IMG/VR virus record: IMGVR_UViG_3300043568_001465
DNA: 64,000 nt
Origin: an uncultured virus (IMG/VR IMGVR_UViG_3300043568_001465)
Lineage: Duplodnaviria; Heunggongvirae; Uroviricota; Caudoviricetes
Reading direction: 5' to 3' (one strand)
Part shown: piece by piece, positions 50,188-59,671 of the stretch
Numbering within the stretch: position 1 is the first letter of the stretch
How the letters are laid out: each line of letters starts with the position of its first letter
The notes under the pieces: model-generated
Databases searched by the model: none
What the model was told of the DNA's origin: nothing
The model's input: the letters and a program-made list of their open reading frames with translations, nothing else
Translations under genes and position numbers: made by a program

Positions 50188-50922
50188 ATGAATTTAACAG
50201 TTAAACATAAGAAACCGTATTCAATTGTTCCATTAGACAAATACAATATTTGTAAATACACCGCAAACCCTGTAATGAATGAAAAATCTTACACGTTATT
50301 TGTTGATGTTAAAATAAATAAAGATGAGTGTGATAAAGAAGCTGGAATAATTGTTAGACCAGGTATGCACGCTGGGTTTTTATTTGCACAACCTAATCTT
50401 CTAAAGTTTGGTTTCTGGTTTTTTAAAAACGATGAACCAATTTATAAAGAGGTTTTCAAATTATTAACTGACGATGATTTTGATGAACATTTGTTTTGTG
50501 TAGCAACCGATGACGCAGATACAAAGATTATAAAAGTATACGTTAATAGCAATTTAATTGGTGAGATTGATTACAGTGAATATGATAGAAAACACAGCTA
50601 CGTTGGTACACCTTATTATTTTGGTGTTGCTAATCCATTCTTAGTTGCTAGACCTTTTGATTATTATGGTTCATTTAATTATAGATTTGCGGGTTTATTA
50701 GATGTGGTTGTTGACGATATTGAGGAATTAAAACAAATACAGGAGCACATTACAGTACATCCAAGATTAGAATATAATATCTTCAAAGAAGATTATAAAT
50801 ATAAACCAAATTTTGTATTTTACTTTGATTTTGAAAACCAAAGCAATTACAAGGTCTGGGATGTTTCTGAGAACAATAATTTTCTATGCAGGATTTTAGA
50901 TAGAGACAATAATTTAATTTAA
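50188..50922 (+). CDS. stand-alone LamG-like domain protein
   Basis: KVYVN..LIG, YYFGV.NP and YFDFEN....VWD.S.NNN resemble the inserts in the GT7 genes. Confidence 0.5.
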   Translation: MNLTVKHKKPYSIVPLDKYNICKYTANPVMNEKSYTLFVDVKINKDECDKEAGIIVRPGMHAGFLFAQPNLLKFGFWFFKNDEPIYKEVFKLLTDDDFDEHLFCVATDDADTKIIKVYVNSNLIGEIDYSEYDRKHSYVGTPYYFGVANPFLVARPFDYYGSFNYRFAGLLDVVVDDIEELKQIQEHITVHPRLEYNIFKEDYKYKPNFVFYFDFENQSNYKVWDVSENNNFLCRILDRDNNLI

Positions 50923-50930
50923 TATATTTT

Positions 50931-51560
50931 ATGATTAAGAATTTAGAACAATACAAAATTGTTAAAGACCCACAATATACCAAAGAAGATTTGGTTAATT
51001 TTGAAACCTTAATTAGTGAACACTGGGAAGGTGGTAAGATTAGAGGACCAGTGCATTTATCTGACGGTAACGAAGAACCGTTAATTGAAATTTTTAAAAG
51101 AGTAAAAAAAACCGACTGGGTATTTTCAACTTGGCGATCACACTACCATGCATTACTCAAAGGTATTTGTCCTGTTTGGTTAGAAGAAGAAATCTTGGCC
51201 GGTAAGTCAATTACTATTTGTAACATACCAGAAAGATTTTACGCATCAGCAATCGTTGGCGGTATACTACCAATCGCTTTAGGTGTTGCAAAAGGAATTA
51301 AAATGAGTGGTGGAGATGAAAAGGTTTGGTGTTGTATTGGTGATATGACATTTGAAAGTGGATTATTTTATGAAGTCCACAAATACGCTAGACGTTTTGA
51401 TTTACCATTGCACTTTATTGTTGAGGATAATGATAAATCAACCAACACACCTACATTATCAACGTGGAAAGAAAAACGCGAATTACCAGATGATGTGATA
51501 TATTACAAATATGAATCAAAATACCCTCATTATGGAACTGGAAAGTGGATTAACTTTTAA
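50931..51560 (+). CDS. TPP-dependent dehydrogenase E1 alpha-like subunit (short)
   Basis: I.GPVHLS.G.E, STWRSHYH.L.KG, SAIVGG..PIA.G, GDM....G.FYE...FIVEDN TPP motif. Confidence 0.85.
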   Translation: MIKNLEQYKIVKDPQYTKEDLVNFETLISEHWEGGKIRGPVHLSDGNEEPLIEIFKRVKKTDWVFSTWRSHYHALLKGICPVWLEEEILAGKSITICNIPERFYASAIVGGILPIALGVAKGIKMSGGDEKVWCCIGDMTFESGLFYEVHKYARRFDLPLHFIVEDNDKSTNTPTLSTWKEKRELPDDVIYYKYESKYPHYGTGKWINF

Positions 51561-52923
51561 AATAGCTTATGACTATTGGAATCCAATTACAAATATGCCC
51601 TTCCCTAACGGATGGGCAAAATTTTTAAGAGAGGATTTTATTGAAAATGGTAAGCACAACCCACAGTACCAATATTCATCAACACATAGCGAACTTAACA
51701 ATCAGTTTAAGTATAGAAATAGAGAAGACGTTGGTGGAATCCACATCATAACCGAAAAATATGACGAGGATATCACCTATTTCTATTTACTAGAGGGTGT
51801 GGGATGTGATTTCCGCCTTTTCATGGATATTAGTCAGGATAATCGATATAGCACACTCCTTATTAAAAATATGAGCCCTAAGGCGCTTAAAATGGCTCAG
51901 GATGGGCAGTTAAAAATTGTTATTAACTATTCACACGAACCTATAGGTGATGATTTGTTATTTGACCTAATTGGTGAGTTCTGTTCTAGAAATGGAATAC
52001 TAGAAGAAAATATTATGTTTTTCACTGGATGTATGAATATCAATCATTTGTGTCAACAAAGTTTATCAAAATACAAGTTTAAAGTTTATACGGATAATGT
52101 TGTTATGTCAACTTCTGGACAATCACTTAGGAATCTGATGGATGGCGGAAAACATAACGAATTAAACTATGAAACGACCTTAATAACGGAATCTGAAATT
52201 AAAACAGACGTTAGAGATAAACATTTTATTTGTTTAAATAGAAATAGCCATAAAGGACATCGATTAAATCTTGGATTGTTTGTTGAAAGTGAAAATCTAT
52301 GGGATAAATTCTATATTAGTTTTTTAGAGGATCTTAAATCACATGATAGAATCCATAACACCACACACGGGTTTAGAAATATGGAGTTTAGAAATCGATT
52401 ACTAGACGCATTACCTGATTTTATAAAAAAAACACCATTAGAGCTTGATACACAATCACTTAATGATGAACAAAGAATGTGTTTTAGTGTTGTGAGAGCG
52501 TATCGTAAAGATTTATATCTGAACAGTTACATTTACGTGGTTACAGAAACCAAATTTGATAAACATATCTATTTTTCAGAGAAAATCTGTAATCCAATGA
52601 TAGTTCTACAACCGTTTATTGTATTTGGCGCTGCACACTTCTTAAAATACCTTAAAAAACTTGGATTCAAAACATTTAGTCCGTTTATCGATGAGACATA
52701 TGATGATGAAGAAAATGACGAAAAAAGATTGATGTTACTATGTAATTTAATCAAAAAATTAAGTAAATTGGATAGGTTAGAAATACATGAATGGTATAAC
52801 TCTATCAAGGACATATTAGTCCATAATAGAACCTTACTTTATCAAATGTCGTTCAATAATAACTTCGAAAATAGGTTTATAGAAACTTTAAATTATGAAA
52901 AAAATATTAGTAACAGGGTGTAA
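51532..52923 (+). CDS. putative GT-B glycosyltransferase (GT10-like C-terminus)
   Basis: K.F.CLNR...HR; YIYVVTET...FSEK..NP....QPFIVFG; paralog of 58310. Confidence 0.45.
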   Translation: MELESGLTFKIAYDYWNPITNMPFPNGWAKFLREDFIENGKHNPQYQYSSTHSELNNQFKYRNREDVGGIHIITEKYDEDITYFYLLEGVGCDFRLFMDISQDNRYSTLLIKNMSPKALKMAQDGQLKIVINYSHEPIGDDLLFDLIGEFCSRNGILEENIMFFTGCMNINHLCQQSLSKYKFKVYTDNVVMSTSGQSLRNLMDGGKHNELNYETTLITESEIKTDVRDKHFICLNRNSHKGHRLNLGLFVESENLWDKFYISFLEDLKSHDRIHNTTHGFRNMEFRNRLLDALPDFIKKTPLELDTQSLNDEQRMCFSVVRAYRKDLYLNSYIYVVTETKFDKHIYFSEKICNPMIVLQPFIVFGAAHFLKYLKKLGFKTFSPFIDETYDDEENDEKRLMLLCNLIKKLSKLDRLEIHEWYNSIKDILVHNRTLLYQMSFNNNFENRFIETLNYEKNISNRV

Positions 52924-54799
52924 CGGTTTGGTAGGTACACATTTAGTTAAGAAATGCACAAACATGGGCTATGACGTTATTGGTGTAGACATTACCCCAG
53001 TAACCAATTTACAAAATGTAAATAACTTTAAGTTTATCCAAGCGGATTTAACGAAAGGAGATGTCATTGAGCAAATTTTTAATGAAAATAACTTAGATGC
53101 AGTGTTTAACACTTTTGGTGTTAAAGGTTCACCGTTAAAGGCGAAAAATCAGCCAGTATCTTTTTTATATCCATCATTTAAAATTAACACAGAGATTATT
53201 AACCAATGTGCTAAAAAACAAATTTGGTTAGTGTTTGTAAGTTCTGTTGGGGTATATGCACCTGCTGAAAAATTTGTTGAGGATACCGTATGGAGCACTT
53301 TACCATCTGATGCGGATTGGTTCCCATCTTGGAGCAAAAGAATGGGTGAACTTTTATTAGAAGCATATAAGGTTCAATACAATTATAATAATTGGGCTAT
53401 TATTCGCCCAGCAAATATTTTTGGTGAGTATGATGATTTTGAAGGTAACGGAACAGTAATTGCATCCACAATTAAAAAGGTATTTGAAGCTAATAATGAA
53501 ATTGAAGCATGGGGCGATGGTACACCAATCAGAGATTTTGTATATGCTGGTGATGTTGCAGATGCTATTATAGATTTATACTTAAACGACAAGCGCATCA
53601 CAGTTAACTTCGGTGCCGGTGAAGAAATTACTATCAAACAAATGATTGATACCGTTATCAAGGTAAGCGGTAAATCGTTGGCTGTTAAATGGGATTCAAG
53701 TAAACCTAATGGTGATATGAGAAGACAAATGGATATCACCAAACAAAAGGAAAATAATTTATTACCAAAATTAGGTTTTGAAAATGCGATAAGTGAAACC
53801 TATTCACATTATAAAAAAACACAACAAATGATAACTAAAAATTCTAAGATACTAATCACCGGTGGATCTGGATTAGTGGGCCAAAACTTAACCAATAAAT
53901 TAGTTAGTGAGGGCTACAGAGATATTCGCGTAACAATACACAGAAAAATGCCAAGAATACAACATCCTAATGTTGAATATCTAATGATTGATTTAGAAAC
54001 AAGAGAAGGTGCTTTAGAAGCCACTAAAAATGTTGATGCGGTGTTTCATTGCGCGGCATCCACATCTAATGCGGTAGATACTGTTGTTGATCCGTTGGCG
54101 CACGTTACACCGAATGTGGCGATGAATAATTTTCTTATTGACGCCGCCTGGAGAAATAAAGTTAAAAAATATATCTTCTTATCGTCAAATACAATATACC
54201 CACCAAAAGGTGATGAACCAGTGGTTGAAACCGATTTTGTATTCAGTGACATTTACCCAGTTTATTTCCCAGTCGGTTGGATGAAAAGATATGCGGAAAT
54301 TCAATGTGAATTATATTCCAAATACCTACCAGAAAAGATGGTTACAGTTATTGTTAGACCAGCAAATCTTTTTGGACCACATGACAAATATGATTTCAAT
54401 AAATGTCATGTAACACCAGCAACAATCAGAAAGGTTGCAGATAAACTGAATCCAATACCAGTATGGGGTGATGGGTTAGAAGTTAGAGATTTATTATTCA
54501 TTGATGACTTTGTTGACGCGTTATTATTAATCTTAGAGAAACAAGAAACACACGATGTGTTCAATGTTGGTTCAAATAAGGGGTATACCGTAAATGATGT
54601 GTTAACAACAATGAAAAACATTGCAGAATATGATGCACCAATTGAATATGTTCAAGGAAAACCATCAATGATTCCTGTTAGATATATTGATTCAAATAAA
54701 ATTAATAAAGTACTTGGTTGGGAACCTAAAACAGAACTATCTGTTGGACTTAAAAAGGCGTACGATTGGTATTTAACAAATAGAGAAGAATTTAATTAA
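52895..54799 (+). CDS. tandem double extended-SDR (GDP-fucose synthase-like epimerase/reductase)
   Basis: Two complete domains: KILVTGCNGLVG and KILITGGSGLVG (ATG 53828), each with RPAN.FG and WGDG...RD. Confidence 0.8.
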   Translation: MKKILVTGCNGLVGTHLVKKCTNMGYDVIGVDITPVTNLQNVNNFKFIQADLTKGDVIEQIFNENNLDAVFNTFGVKGSPLKAKNQPVSFLYPSFKINTEIINQCAKKQIWLVFVSSVGVYAPAEKFVEDTVWSTLPSDADWFPSWSKRMGELLLEAYKVQYNYNNWAIIRPANIFGEYDDFEGNGTVIASTIKKVFEANNEIEAWGDGTPIRDFVYAGDVADAIIDLYLNDKRITVNFGAGEEITIKQMIDTVIKVSGKSLAVKWDSSKPNGDMRRQMDITKQKENNLLPKLGFENAISETYSHYKKTQQMITKNSKILITGGSGLVGQNLTNKLVSEGYRDIRVTIHRKMPRIQHPNVEYLMIDLETREGALEATKNVDAVFHCAASTSNAVDTVVDPLAHVTPNVAMNNFLIDAAWRNKVKKYIFLSSNTIYPPKGDEPVVETDFVFSDIYPVYFPVGWMKRYAEIQCELYSKYLPEKMVTVIVRPANLFGPHDKYDFNKCHVTPATIRKVADKLNPIPVWGDGLEVRDLLFIDDFVDALLLILEKQETHDVFNVGSNKGYTVNDVLTTMKNIAEYDAPIEYVQGKPSMIPVRYIDSNKINKVLGWEPKTELSVGLKKAYDWYLTNREEFN

Positions 54800-55836
54800 T
54801 GAAATACGTACTAACATCTGGATGCTCATTTACTAGGATAGGTTTCTTTAACGGAATGTCAGTTACTAGTGATTTTAAACAAATCCACAAACAAGGCAAT
54901 CCTAACCTTTTTAAATGGACTGATTGGTTACAAGAATCATTGGGTGAGGAGTATTCTGTAATCAACCTAGCGTCACAAACAAATGATAATGTTACAATCT
55001 CTAGAACAATATTTTATTGGGTTAACGAGTTAATGAGTAAGGGTGTTAACCCAGAAGATATTCATGTGATTATTCAATGGAGCACACCACAAAGAACCAA
55101 TTTTTATGTACCAAAGGATAAATTGCCGAGAGGTAAAGAATACTATGGACATACTAGTCATTATTTAAAAAATGATGACATATATGACAATGGTGTTTTT
55201 TATTTGAGTGGTGGATTTAATTTACAAGATGCTAGTGAGAAGTTTAAAATTAGAGAATTATTAAAGGAGTACATCTATTATTATGGCAGTGATAGAGGTA
55301 TGGTTAATCAAACGCTTGCTTGGTTGGAAAACTGGTCAAATCTTAAATTATTTTTTGATAAACATAAGATAAAAAATAACTACATTTCAATGTGTGATAT
55401 TTTATCTGAATCTATGCAAAGAACTGGTTTTGGATTTTACGCTGGACTTAAAGAGCACGAGTTTGAACGCGCTGTTTTGGATGAGAAACTAATTGCAGAT
55501 ACAAGCAAGGATCAATGTTGGTTAGAACAGAATGAGTTATTTAGACCGTATATAAATAACATAGGGCTATATGATGATTTTTGGTTATTTAAAACGCCTA
55601 CACACAAGTATGGTGGATTATTAGAATGGACAATAAAAAATTATGATAAGGTTAATCTAGAAAAATACGTTAATTTTAACGAACACCAATTAGATGTTAC
55701 AATCTATGAAGAATGTATTCAACAGAAAATTAATGAAAGAGATTATTTAAAATCCGGAAGATGGTACGGACATACATCATCAATAATGGCTAGAAAATTT
55801 GTAATTGAGGAATTACTACCAACATTAAATTTGTAA
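54799..55836 (+). CDS. SGNH-hydrolase-like hypothetical protein
   Basis: GCSFT, W...L....INLA....N..I.R, IIQWS.P.R, C-terminal GH. Confidence 0.45.
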   Translation: MKYVLTSGCSFTRIGFFNGMSVTSDFKQIHKQGNPNLFKWTDWLQESLGEEYSVINLASQTNDNVTISRTIFYWVNELMSKGVNPEDIHVIIQWSTPQRTNFYVPKDKLPRGKEYYGHTSHYLKNDDIYDNGVFYLSGGFNLQDASEKFKIRELLKEYIYYYGSDRGMVNQTLAWLENWSNLKLFFDKHKIKNNYISMCDILSESMQRTGFGFYAGLKEHEFERAVLDEKLIADTSKDQCWLEQNELFRPYINNIGLYDDFWLFKTPTHKYGGLLEWTIKNYDKVNLEKYVNFNEHQLDVTIYEECIQQKINERDYLKSGRWYGHTSSIMARKFVIEELLPTLNL

Positions 55837-55838
55837 AA

Positions 55839-56615
55839 ATGAATACATTAATTGAAAATGGTTACATAATCGAAGATGCTAAAGATTTACTATCTGAAGA
55901 ACATTTTAAAGAATTAGACACGTTATGTGATTCCATCAGTACATCCGAAAAAAAATACACAAAATTCTATGAATTTGAATATTGTTTTACAAAAGAAGAC
56001 ACAAGTTATTTTGGTTTAACTGGCGAAAATTCTAGTGTTAAATTTGTAGATAAAATTGATGTTGGTGATAGTCCAGAAAAAAAATTTTCAGTTAAAATGA
56101 AAAAAAAACTAATTCAAAAATACTTTGATTCGGTGCAAACATATGCTGAAAGTTTTTATGAAATAGATAGGTTTTCTTATTTATGTGATAAAATGTCACA
56201 TGCAATTGCTGACAAATATTATTCACATATTTTTAATTTAGATAATTTTAGAAAAAAAGAAATACACAGCACCACTAAAAGGATTGCAACATATGATGAA
56301 GATTGTCATATTGCTAAACATAAAGATGGTTTTAACAATAAAAGGTTATTTGTTATTTTAGTATACCTAAATAAAGAATGGGAAGATACCAATGGTGGAG
56401 ATTTAGTTATTTACTCTAAAAACAATGATAAAATTTCATTAACACCAAAAGCCCCAAGCGTTTGTGTTTTAGATTTCACAAAAAATAATTTAGAACATGA
56501 GGTGTTAAAAGTTATAGATGGTACAAGATACACATATGTGTCTTTTTATGAGGTGTCAGAATCTTTAATGATAACAGACGAATGGAAAAAACACAAGATA
56601 AAAAAAATGATATAA
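55839..56615 (+). CDS. 2OG-Fe(II) oxygenase (prolyl-4-hydroxylase-like)
   Basis: HKD, LVYLN.EW....GG.L, HEV, RY motifs. Confidence 0.8.
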   Translation: MNTLIENGYIIEDAKDLLSEEHFKELDTLCDSISTSEKKYTKFYEFEYCFTKEDTSYFGLTGENSSVKFVDKIDVGDSPEKKFSVKMKKKLIQKYFDSVQTYAESFYEIDRFSYLCDKMSHAIADKYYSHIFNLDNFRKKEIHSTTKRIATYDEDCHIAKHKDGFNNKRLFVILVYLNKEWEDTNGGDLVIYSKNNDKISLTPKAPSVCVLDFTKNNLEHEVLKVIDGTRYTYVSFYEVSESLMITDEWKKHKIKKMI

Positions 56616-57799
56616 TGACAGAAACATTTTGCCCACTACCATTTATTCATTTTAACGCATATCCAGACAAACAAATTAAACCTTGTTGCTACTCGCAATC
56701 ATTTTTTGAAAATACCACATTAAAAAATCAAGATATTGTTACCGCTTTTAATTCTGAAGAATACCAGAAACTACGAAATGATTTACTAAATGGCGTTGAA
56801 CACAAGTTCTGTGATGTTTGTTGGAAAACAGAAAAAAATGGTGGAGAAAGCCAAAGAATTAAATGGTCAAAATTTTATGAAGATAAAAAAGAAGATATTA
56901 TTGAAAGAACACAAGAAGATGGATATTACCAACCCGACTTTGTTTCGTTAGATTTAAGACCTTCAAATATATGTAATTTCAAGTGCAGAACTTGTACCCC
57001 AGATTTTTCAACAACTTGGATTGATGAGAGAACAAAATTTAGGGAAATTATGGGTAACGATGTTATAGATTATAAAACACAAGTTACATCATTTGATATT
57101 CCGCAAGAAAACATCAATAATCTAGAGAAAATCTATTTTGCTGGTGGTGAACCTTTATATATGGATGATATGTATAAGTTTATTGACAAGATTAAAAATA
57201 AAGAAAAGGTTGAATTATACTTTAACACGAATTTCAGTATAATAAAACATAAAAATAAATCTGTTTTTGATTTATTTAAAGATTTCAAAAAAGTACATAT
57301 TGGAATATCCTGCGATGGATACGGACCTATTGGTGAATATGTTAGAACCAATTTTAAATGGGAAACATTTAAAGAGAATGTGTATAAATTGGGTAATGCA
57401 ATAAACAACGGCGCCAATTTTTCATATGGTTTTCAATATACATCATCAATACTTAATTGTTTTCATTTTTTTGACTTCAGAGATATGTTATATGATATAA
57501 AATTCATATCAAATGATGGGCAATTACAATTTGGTGTTGCTGAGTATCCATTTTGGTTGAATCCAGCACATTTTGATTTAAAAGATGAGGTTATCACATA
57601 TTTTGAGGGTAAAATAGATACGATACAAAATGATTCACTGCGCACCGAGTTGAACAATTATATAATTTACTTGAAAACCTTCAATGACCCTCATTTTTAT
57701 GCCTTGAATTATTTAAAAAATTTCATTAAATTAGGTGATGAGACCAATAACACGGTTTTACCAGAAGAATTAACATATCTAAAAAAATATCTTATATGA
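56615..57799 (+). CDS. radical SAM protein with N-terminal twitch/SPASM-like cluster
   Basis: FCPLPF...KPCC...CDVCW; CNFKCRTC; YFAGGEPL. Confidence 0.85.
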   Translation: MTETFCPLPFIHFNAYPDKQIKPCCYSQSFFENTTLKNQDIVTAFNSEEYQKLRNDLLNGVEHKFCDVCWKTEKNGGESQRIKWSKFYEDKKEDIIERTQEDGYYQPDFVSLDLRPSNICNFKCRTCTPDFSTTWIDERTKFREIMGNDVIDYKTQVTSFDIPQENINNLEKIYFAGGEPLYMDDMYKFIDKIKNKEKVELYFNTNFSIIKHKNKSVFDLFKDFKKVHIGISCDGYGPIGEYVRTNFKWETFKENVYKLGNAINNGANFSYGFQYTSSILNCFHFFDFRDMLYDIKFISNDGQLQFGVAEYPFWLNPAHFDLKDEVITYFEGKIDTIQNDSLRTELNNYIIYLKTFNDPHFYALNYLKNFIKLGDETNNTVLPEELTYLKKYLI

Positions 57800-58317
57800 C
57801 CTACAAAGACGAATTAACTAGAGCCATGACATATATTGGAGAACAAGAAAACAGTGTCTTCATGGGGCAATCTGTGGCTTTCCCTGGTACATCATTATAC
57901 AGTACATTAACAAATGTATCTAAAGAAAAATTAATCGAATTTCCAGTACTAGAAGAAACACAAACAGGGGTTGCGTTAGGTATGAGTTTAACCGATAAAT
58001 GTGTAGTGTCAATTTACCCAAGATGGGACTTTTTAATATTGGCAACTAATCAATTAGTAAACCACATAGATAAGTTTGAATTGATGACAGGACACGCACC
58101 ACACGTAATCATTAGAGTTGGTGTTGGTAGCACAAACCCATTGGACCCAGGACATCAACATAAAGCAGATTATACCGAAGCATTTAAATTATTAATGCAA
58201 CAAGTAGAGGTTGTAAATTTAACTGAAGCAAATCAAGTTTTTGATACGTATAAAAGGGCGTACGATAATAAAAAACCAATAATCATTTGTGAATACCCCG
58301 ACCTATACAATGCATAG
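57796..58317 (+). CDS. TPP-dependent E1 beta/transketolase pyrimidine-binding subunit (no C-terminal domain)
   Basis: FMGQSV, IEFPV.E..Q.G.ALG, PR.DFL..A.NQLVN, GHQH; only 173 aa. Confidence 0.8.
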   Translation: MTYKDELTRAMTYIGEQENSVFMGQSVAFPGTSLYSTLTNVSKEKLIEFPVLEETQTGVALGMSLTDKCVVSIYPRWDFLILATNQLVNHIDKFELMTGHAPHVIIRVGVGSTNPLDPGHQHKADYTEAFKLLMQQVEVVNLTEANQVFDTYKRAYDNKKPIIICEYPDLYNA

Positions 58318-59671
58318 ACCAACTTTTGGATACGATATTATAACACCCAGAGGTGAATTACCTAATGGACTTGATCCTGCTAGGTTTAAATTCATCTATG
58401 ACCAAGTTAAATGGAATTTTAGGGAGATATTATATTTTAATAGTTTAGACACTAATCCAGTTTATTTAGCTGGGCACTTTGACCACAAAATAATTAAAAA
58501 AAGTGTTTATGAAATCCACAAAAATAGACAACAAGGTATAAACGAAGTATGGTATTATACAATAGAACCATTTGGTAATTTCAGAGGATTTTTGGGTCTG
58601 TTAAATGGTAAAGTGGATGATGAATTCACTATACATATGTCAGATATTGCAAAACACGAAATAATCTCAGGGAACGGTCGTTTATTGATCAATTACACTA
58701 TTGATGGGGGTATCGATGTTAATAGAAACACAATAACTAAATTGTTTGAACTTTTAAAAGCAACAAACATCCCATTTCGTAAGATTTACTTTCTTATGAA
58801 TGATATTAATTTTAAAGGTAATCTTGAAAAAATTAGTGGGATTCAAAATTTAAATGTGTTTCATTTTAATTTAGCGTTGATGCAAAAGTCAAATGAAATA
58901 TATAATACATTATTACATGAAGGTCGTTATTTCTTTTGGAAAAATAATACTTCATTTGTTTCCAAAGTTACACGTATTGAAGATTTCGAATTAAATTTAA
59001 CCAAAAAGGATAAGAAATTTTTGATGTTAAATCGTAACTGGAAGATGCATAGATTGGAGTTAATTAAAACACTCAGGGATAACGGTTTATTGGAAGATTC
59101 ATTGGTATCGTGGGATAAGAATATGGTTAGCCACAGCGAAGCAAGAGCATTTATTGAAAAATATGACGATACCGAGTTAATGGAAATCATGAAGAACGAA
59201 TCATCGATTTTAGATTATCCAGATATCGCAAATGTTCATGGTTATGGTTTTGAAACAAAAGAAATATACTTACAAAGTTTTTTTCATATTGTTGGTGAAA
59301 CTATTTATTATCAAGATGACACACCATCTGGATACGTTTCAGAAAAACCGTTTAAACCAATGGCACACTTTCAACCATTTATATTTGCGGGACCGGCCGG
59401 TGTTATTAAACATTTGAATGAATTAGGTTTTAAATCTTTTCATCCATATATTGATGAAACATATGATTCGATTACGGATGATAATGAGAGAATGAAAGCA
59501 ATTAGTAACGAAGTCATTCGTCTAGGTAAACTAACTAAAGATGAGATGATTGATATTACGATGAAATTAAAAAGTGTTTTATACCACAACTATAGGATGC
59601 TATTTAATATTGGGTCACCAAAGCTCCAAGACGATAATAGAAATAACGTAATTGAATTTTTAAATAAGTAA
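58310..59671 (+). CDS. putative GT-B glycosyltransferase (GT10-like C-terminus)
   Basis: KKFLMLNR..K.HR; FFHIVGET...GYVSEK.FKP....QPFIFAG; paralog of 51532. Confidence 0.45.
   Translation: MHRPTFGYDIITPRGELPNGLDPARFKFIYDQVKWNFREILYFNSLDTNPVYLAGHFDHKIIKKSVYEIHKNRQQGINEVWYYTIEPFGNFRGFLGLLNGKVDDEFTIHMSDIAKHEIISGNGRLLINYTIDGGIDVNRNTITKLFELLKATNIPFRKIYFLMNDINFKGNLEKISGIQNLNVFHFNLALMQKSNEIYNTLLHEGRYFFWKNNTSFVSKVTRIEDFELNLTKKDKKFLMLNRNWKMHRLELIKTLRDNGLLEDSLVSWDKNMVSHSEARAFIEKYDDTELMEIMKNESSILDYPDIANVHGYGFETKEIYLQSFFHIVGETIYYQDDTPSGYVSEKPFKPMAHFQPFIFAGPAGVIKHLNELGFKSFHPYIDETYDSITDDNERMKAISNEVIRLGKLTKDEMIDITMKLKSVLYHNYRMLFNIGSPKLQDDNRNNVIEFLNK

Noticed and set aside
50931..58317. Auxiliary pyruvate dehydrogenase
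   Set aside because: Subunits are truncated and separated, embedded among sugar enzymes, with no E2/E3 in the window.
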